Shown here: positions 58,673-64,000 of the stretch, one piece after another
Position numbering within the stretch: the stretch's first letter is position 1
How the letters are laid out: each line of letters opens with the position of its first letter
Assembly (NCBI GenBank): GCA_965221905.1
Contig: OZ244922.1
Location: 2,112,001-2,176,000 of the forward strand
Source of the DNA: Chloroflexota bacterium
GTDB taxonomy: Bacteria; Chloroflexota; UBA11872; VXOZ01
Reading direction: 5' to 3'
DNA: 64,000 bases
Notes under the pieces: generated by a model
The model's input: the letters and a program-made list of their open reading frames with translations, nothing else
Databases searched by the model: none
Told to the model about the DNA's origin: nothing
Position numbers and translations under genes: made by a program

Positions 58673-60215
58673 CGGACCCGCCCACGAATTGGTAGTTCTT
58701 CAGTTGTTCGCGCTGCCGCCCGTCAACGGGGTAATGCTCGGTCCATTGCGCAAATTGCCAGCCCCTGCCCACGGTTTCCTTATTCTCCACTTCGTCGAGG
58801 CGCAACCAGGCGTGGGTTGGCTGGGGATACAGCGCCCATTCATCACCGTCCAGCGGATCTGAGTAGCAGGCGGCTTGGAAATGCGCGAACAGTGCATCTA
58901 TGAGCGTCTGCTTCACGTCAGAAAGCCCTGGTTCGTGGGCATAGTTCACGAGTTCGTTGCCGCCATCGCGGTAGTTGAGCAAAATCTCCATGCGGTCCGG
59001 GGCGCTGTAGATGTATTTCCACTCTTCATTCATCGCGCAGTACATGCCTAGTTGCTTCTCTCTGATCTGACCGAAGAGATAGGGTCTGTCAAACGCTCCA
59101 CCATCGCGGGCCGCGGTCAGGAGCGACTCGCCGTCGCATTCAGGCTGCCGGTGTTCCACGCCCGCGGCGGAAAGCATAGTCGGCGCGACGTCCTGCAAAC
59201 CCACCAAATGCTCCCGTACTACGCCTTCCGGCAGCGTGCCCGGCCACGAAAGAATGTACGGAATGTGACACGCCGGCTCGTGATAGTTGCGCTTGCCGAA
59301 TGCATGGTGATCGCCAAGAAACTCGCCATGGTCGGCCACGAACATGATCAAGGTGTTTTCCCGCTGTTTGGAGGCATCCAACGCTGCAAGAATCTCGCCG
59401 ACCCAGCTATCAACGAACGAAACGCACGAATAATAATATGCCTTCATTGTGCGCAGCAAGTTATCATCCGGAAAGAGATCCATCCACTTGCTGCGATTCT
59501 GATTCCGCTGATACCACGTGTGCCACCCGATCTCGGCTTCACTCCGCACCGGTAGGGGCATGTCGGTGCTGCGGTATAGTCTATGCCAGGGCGACGGAGG
59601 GTCGAACGGAGGATGCGGCTTTATGAATGAGGTCCAACAGAAGAACGGCGCATTCTCATGAGCACGCTCTTCAATAAAGTCAACGGTTCGTTGTGCCGTC
59701 CAGGCTGTCGTATGCAGGCGCTCGGGTAACTGTGAAACCTGCGGAATGTAATAGAGTTCGTGCCTAATGCCGTGCGGTTCTTCCACGTGGCCGTATCCGG
59801 CTGCCAACACGTGCTGCAGGAACTCGTCATTTTCCACACTGCGGGGGACTTCCTCGCTCAGCCACATGCGATCGAAGCCGTGGTGCTCACGTACGGGAGA
59901 AAAGTGCATTTTGCCGATGGCCTGCGTAAAGTACCCCGCCGCACGCAGCCGCGTCATCAACGTGGGGTGATCTGCGGGAAGCGGGTAGCCGTTGTCAAAG
60001 ATGCCCGTGCGCAGAGGAAGCTGTCCCGTCATGCAAATCGCACGTGCCGAGACGCAGACCGGCGATTCTGTGTAGCCGGAGGCGAAGCGCACGCCCTCCG
60101 CGCAAAGACGGTCGAGATTTGGAGTTTGGATCAACTCATTGCCGGCAGCGTGCAGCGCGTCAAATCGCAACTGGTCGCACATAATTAGGAGCAAATTCGG
60201 TTGAGCGCGGCGCAT
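58659..60215 (-). CDS. Sulfatase family (choline-sulfatase/arylsulfatase-like) hydrolase
   Basis: PNLLLIMCDQLR, TPNLDRL, PVCVSARA..MTG, IGKMH, KPHPP, ADHGEFLGDH; AGGAGG RBS. Confidence 0.92.
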   Translation of the reverse strand: MRRAQPNLLLIMCDQLRFDALHAAGNELIQTPNLDRLCAEGVRFASGYTESPVCVSARAICMTGQLPLRTGIFDNGYPLPADHPTLMTRLRAAGYFTQAIGKMHFSPVREHHGFDRMWLSEEVPRSVENDEFLQHVLAAGYGHVEEPHGIRHELYYIPQVSQLPERLHTTAWTAQRTVDFIEERAHENAPFFCWTSFIKPHPPFDPPSPWHRLYRSTDMPLPVRSEAEIGWHTWYQRNQNRSKWMDLFPDDNLLRTMKAYYYSCVSFVDSWVGEILAALDASKQRENTLIMFVADHGEFLGDHHAFGKRNYHEPACHIPYILSWPGTLPEGVVREHLVGLQDVAPTMLSAAGVEHRQPECDGESLLTAARDGGAFDRPYLFGQIREKQLGMYCAMNEEWKYIYSAPDRMEILLNYRDGGNELVNYAHEPGLSDVKQTLIDALFAHFQAACYSDPLDGDEWALYPQPTHAWLRLDEVENKETVGRGWQFAQWTEHYPVDGRQREQLKNYQFVGGSDAGK

Positions 60216-60533
60216 AGTCAGGACTCCTCCTTATGTTCCGGTTCCCATTGCACAACTACAGATGACGAGCAAGTTGATTCGGCACGCTCTCGACACTCCC
60301 CTTACCGCCAATTTCGACTTTTGGGGTGATCATCTCCAACAAGAGAATCCAAGGCTGGCAACTGAGTTTTCAAGGAGTTGTCAGGTTTCGTCGGACTGTG
60401 CTAGTTTTCTAGTCGTTGCCTTCTATGCGTGCCTGGAGAGACCGCAAGACGCGGTTGCCGACCACATTGTCAACTATATTCTAACGTGTCTTGCACTTTG
60501 GAACACACCCATGCGCTCTGCAAATCGGTTCAT

Positions 60534-60561
60534 TTGCATCTTGTGCAGCCATCAGTATAAT
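60534..60561 (+). promoter_or_regulatory. Possible sigma70 promoter upstream of the cytochrome/ACIII genes
   Basis: TTGCAT-16 nt-TATAAT. Confidence 0.45.
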
Positions 60562-60838
60562 AGACCGAAGTGCGCGCAAATAGGGCGGATTTCCGGTCAC
60601 CAATTTGCATCGCGCAGCCGTTGAGAGTGCAATACCAGCGTTAGAGAATGCACCAATACGTGACAGAGCGAACAAATAAGAATCTACTGCATATTGACCT
60701 CCCTGGCGCCCTGCCAGGGCGTTCACTGTCTATGTTAATTCTTGATGACTTCAGGGCTTCGATGGCTTTTACTATTGGTTCAACGCTCCCGCGGGACACT
60801 AGTCCTGCCGGCGATTTCCGATTTCGAGGAGACTGGGC

Positions 60839-61378
60839 ATGACCTCTCGTGCCATGCGTCTGACGATAGGTGCTCTTGTTGTCGTTATAGGGCTCCTAGT
60901 CATTGGAGGTGTAGCATGGGTGAGCCTGGCCGCTGAAGGCCCGGAGCAGCCCATTGCCTTTATGCACACAGTGCATGTCGAGCAAAACGACATTGACTGC
61001 GTTTTTTGTCACCGTAATGTGGAAACCGGCGCCGAGGCAACAATTCCAGCCGTTGAACAATGCATGCTTTGTCACAGTGTCATAAATGGCGAAAACCCGA
61101 AGGTAACCAACCCCTTGCATATAGCGGAGATTGCTAAGCTGCAAGCTAACTGGGAGAACAGAGAGCCCATCGATTGGGTGCGTGTTCACGTATTGCCGGA
61201 CCACGTGCGTTTCGTGCACGCATCCCATATCAAAGCAGGATTTGAGTGCGCTACGTGCCATGGTGACATCGGCTCGATGGAACGTGTTAAGCAGGTCCGC
61301 TCGCTCAACATGGGCGACTGTTTGGGCTGCCATCGGGAAAACAACGCGCCGACCGACTGCACGATCTGTCACCGTTAG
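60839..61378 (+). CDS. Membrane-anchored pentaheme cytochrome c (ActA/QrcA-like)
   Basis: Five CxxCH motifs, EQPIAF.H..H, W.RVH.LPDHVRF.H..H, MG.CL.CH. Confidence 0.92.
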   Translation: MTSRAMRLTIGALVVVIGLLVIGGVAWVSLAAEGPEQPIAFMHTVHVEQNDIDCVFCHRNVETGAEATIPAVEQCMLCHSVINGENPKVTNPLHIAEIAKLQANWENREPIDWVRVHVLPDHVRFVHASHIKAGFECATCHGDIGSMERVKQVRSLNMGDCLGCHRENNAPTDCTICHR

Positions 61379-61384
61379 AGGAGA

Positions 61385-63643
61385 ATGATGCGACGACGTG
61401 ACGTCCTGAAATTAGCCGGCACTTCAGGCTTGGGTATGAGTGCTGTGGCCTTCGCGGGCTGCGGTACGCCGGATCGTGAATTCCACATTCAGAGTCCGGT
61501 GGAAATACCGGAAGATACGGTGACGGGTCTCGATACGTGGTATGCGAGCATTTGCCAAGATTCCGGCGATGGCTGCGGCATTATCGTGCGGGTCAAGAGC
61601 GGCCGCGCACGCAAGATTGAAGGCAATCCCGACTATCCCCTCAACCGCGGCAAGAGTTCCGCCAAGGCGCAAGCGGCCCTGCAAACGCTGTACAATCCCG
61701 ATCGTATTCCCAACCCGATGGTCCCGAGACGCAGTCGAGGCTCCGGTCAATATCGGTTCATGCGTTGGGAGGAAGTGCTGCCGGAGTTCCAGGAAAAGCT
61801 TGGCGCTGCCCAAGAGGGCGGCATAGTCATGATTACAGAGCCCGTCAACGGGCACATGGGTATGATCCTCGAACGGTTTACCCAGAGTATCGGCGCGCGC
61901 TGGCTGACGTACGAGCCACTTGAGCAGGCTGCGGTACGACAGGCCAGCCAGCAGGTGTTTGGGACCACGCGTGTGCCGCAGTTCGATATTGCGAATTCCG
62001 CTTACTTGCTTTCCATCGGCGGCAACTTTCTGGAAGGCGGCGATGCGCCGGTGCACTACGGCCAAGCCTACGGCAATTTCCGACAAGGAGCGGGCCGTTC
62101 TCGGGGCACGTTTGCGCATTTCGATACGCACCTAACGATGACAGCGGCCAATGCCGACGAATGGCATCCCGTGAACCCCGGCACTGAGGGCATTCTGGCG
62201 CTGAGCATTGCGCACGCCGTATTGGATGGCAACGCGGTGCCCGCCGCGCTCCAACCTCTGACCGGTGGCGAGGGTAATCTGGATGCATATGCGGCCGAAA
62301 AAGTCGCTGCAGCAATCGGCGTGCCGGCTGAGGTTATTACGAGGGTTGCCCATGACTTTGCCGCGGCGCCGACCGCGGTAGCAATGGGCGGCGGCAGCGC
62401 TGCCGGCCATACAAACGGGGTCTTCAACATGGCCGCCGTCTTCGCACTCAATTTGCTGAAAGGCAACGTGGGACAAAGTGGCGGCGTGCTGCTGAATGCC
62501 CCGTCGCCCCTGCCGGATATACCCGCTGAAGCGCCAGTGACCTCGTTCCAAGAGTGGGAGACGTTTCTCAGCGAAATAGACGGCGGCAACGTACCGCAAG
62601 TGCTCTTGATACATGGCGCCAATCCCGTGTTTGGCCTTCCTGGGGTCCTGAACGCGGCCAATTTGCTGGATCGGATACCCTACATCGTCAGCTTTTCGAA
62701 TGTATTAGACGAGACTACGGCATTGGCAGACTTGATCTTGCCGGATCACCATTACCTGGAAAGTTGGGGCACAAGCGTGCCCCCGTTAGGCGCTGAGTAT
62801 TCCACTCTAGGAATTCAGCAACCGGTTATCCGCCCGTACCACCAAGAGTTCGAAGGGGAAGCCGGTACGCGTGCCTTCGGCGACGTGCTGCTCGGTTTGG
62901 CACAGTTCTTTGGCGGAACAATGGCCGAAGCACTGCCATGGGAATCGATGAGAGATGCTATTCGCGCCAGTGCTGATGTCCTTCAAGCCCGAGGCGACGG
63001 CTCAGTGACAAGCGATGATCCGGAAGTTTTCTGGCTGTCGGTATTGCAACGCGGCGGCTGGTGGGTGCCGTCTGAAAGTGTGTCGGCAGACGCACCGGAC
63101 CTGACCGGCTTGTCCGTGACAGAAGCGGATTTCAGTAGTGCTGACCAAGAGTATCCGTATCATCTCATCGTTACTCCATCAGTATTGCTAGGGGAAGGCA
63201 GCGGCAGTCTGGCTGCGTCACCGTGGCTGCAATCAACCAGTGACCCCATGACAACAGGTGTCTGGGGAACATGGATTGCCCTTAGCCCAAAGACCATGGA
63301 AGCATTGGGCATTCTGGAAAACGACATCGTGCGCATTACGTCGGTGGCAGGCTCACTAATGGCTCCCGCGTACCCCTATCCTGGAATAGGCGAGGGCGTG
63401 GTGAACGTGCCGCTCGGCCAAGGGCACAAGGAGCTTGGGCGGTATGCCGAGAACCGTGGGGATAACCCACTGCGTATTTTGGCGCCGGTCATCCAGGAGC
63501 AAACCGGGGCTCTAGCCTGGTCGGCTACACGGGTTCGGATCGCGCCAACAGGACGGCGGACCCGTCTGGCGCGTATCGAGGGTATCACCGCGCCGGTGCA
63601 GATGCCCGATGAGCAGACGTTCCAAATCACGAACGAGAGCTAA
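61385..63643 (+). CDS. Molybdopterin-oxidoreductase-fold subunit (ActB1/QrcB-like), Tat lipoprotein
   Basis: RRRDVLK Tat motif plus FAGC lipobox, KIEGNPDYPLNRG, LYNPDR, DETT..ADLILP. Confidence 0.88.
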   Translation: MMRRRDVLKLAGTSGLGMSAVAFAGCGTPDREFHIQSPVEIPEDTVTGLDTWYASICQDSGDGCGIIVRVKSGRARKIEGNPDYPLNRGKSSAKAQAALQTLYNPDRIPNPMVPRRSRGSGQYRFMRWEEVLPEFQEKLGAAQEGGIVMITEPVNGHMGMILERFTQSIGARWLTYEPLEQAAVRQASQQVFGTTRVPQFDIANSAYLLSIGGNFLEGGDAPVHYGQAYGNFRQGAGRSRGTFAHFDTHLTMTAANADEWHPVNPGTEGILALSIAHAVLDGNAVPAALQPLTGGEGNLDAYAAEKVAAAIGVPAEVITRVAHDFAAAPTAVAMGGGSAAGHTNGVFNMAAVFALNLLKGNVGQSGGVLLNAPSPLPDIPAEAPVTSFQEWETFLSEIDGGNVPQVLLIHGANPVFGLPGVLNAANLLDRIPYIVSFSNVLDETTALADLILPDHHYLESWGTSVPPLGAEYSTLGIQQPVIRPYHQEFEGEAGTRAFGDVLLGLAQFFGGTMAEALPWESMRDAIRASADVLQARGDGSVTSDDPEVFWLSVLQRGGWWVPSESVSADAPDLTGLSVTEADFSSADQEYPYHLIVTPSVLLGEGSGSLAASPWLQSTSDPMTTGVWGTWIALSPKTMEALGILENDIVRITSVAGSLMAPAYPYPGIGEGVVNVPLGQGHKELGRYAENRGDNPLRILAPVIQEQTGALAWSATRVRIAPTGRRTRLARIEGITAPVQMPDEQTFQITNES

Positions 63644-63664
63644 CTTCAGCGGGGAGAAACGGCG

Positions 63665-64000
63665 TTGAGACAAGGTGCAGAAGGACAAGAACAAGACACA
63701 AGCAAGCCGGTGACAAGCATTGGCCGACGCTGGGGTATGGTGGTGGACCTAGACCGCTGCACCGGCTGCCAGGCTTGCGTTGTCGCCTGCCATGCCGAGA
63801 ACAATATCGCATTAAACCTTGAAGACATTGTGCTCCAGCAGCGAGCGATGAACTGGATTCGCATCGAGCGCTATTGGGAAGGGGAATACCCCAATGTCAA
63901 AGCGCGTTTTCTGCCCATGTTCTGTCAGCATTGCAACAACGCTCCCTGCGAGCCCGTGTGTCCTGTATACGCGACGTACCATAACCAAGAGGGTCTGAAC
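63665..64000 (+). CDS. 4Fe-4S ferredoxin subunit (ActB2/QrcC-like), 3' partial
   Basis: Translated by hand from TTG 63665: RWGMVVDLDRCTGCQACVVACHAENN...WIRIERY...CQHCNNAPCEPVCPVYAT. Confidence 0.9.
   Translation, partial: MRQGAEGQEQDTSKPVTSIGRRWGMVVDLDRCTGCQACVVACHAENNIALNLEDIVLQQRAMNWIRIERYWEGEYPNVKARFLPMFCQHCNNAPCEPVCPVYATYHNQEGLN

Noticed and set aside
60262-60726. ORFs in the sulfatase/cytochrome intergenic region
   Set aside because: No motifs; better explained as a divergent promoter region

Overview
Ordinary bacterial chromosomal window of moderately high GC, most consistent with a Chloroflexota genome (inferred from gene content: DUF5671 membrane protein, GlmL-like pair, PGI/PMI, AAA-R3H protein, ACIII/Qrc-type genes). 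Core genes: two mreB paralogs, yebC-ruvCAB, tRNA-Gly, tig, rsgA-gmk-priA-def-fmt, mreBCD-mrdA-rodA, gltX and tRNA-Ser. The most unusual items are: (i) a minus-strand block of a stand-alone, N-terminally shortened nitrile-hydratase-alpha-like protein (CTPCSCY, no beta subunit nearby), a LigC-like dehydrogenase, and a CehA/McbA carbamate-hydrolase homolog whose stop overlaps archease, followed by rtcB and a HypE/AIR-synthase-like gene; (ii) a PriA whose ATPase motifs are degenerate; (iii) an MTase-endonuclease pair whose nuclease appears to start at ATT; (iv) a rod-shaped ~180-nt 6S-like RNA between tRNA-Ser and gltX; (v) a GlmL-like two-gene module with no mutase; (vi) a secreted lamin-tail-domain protein with a 687-bp internal duplication; (vii) an enzyme/pseudoenzyme amidohydrolase pair. 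No CRISPR array, transposase or prophage was seen. All calls come from motif recognition by eye, with no database searches.
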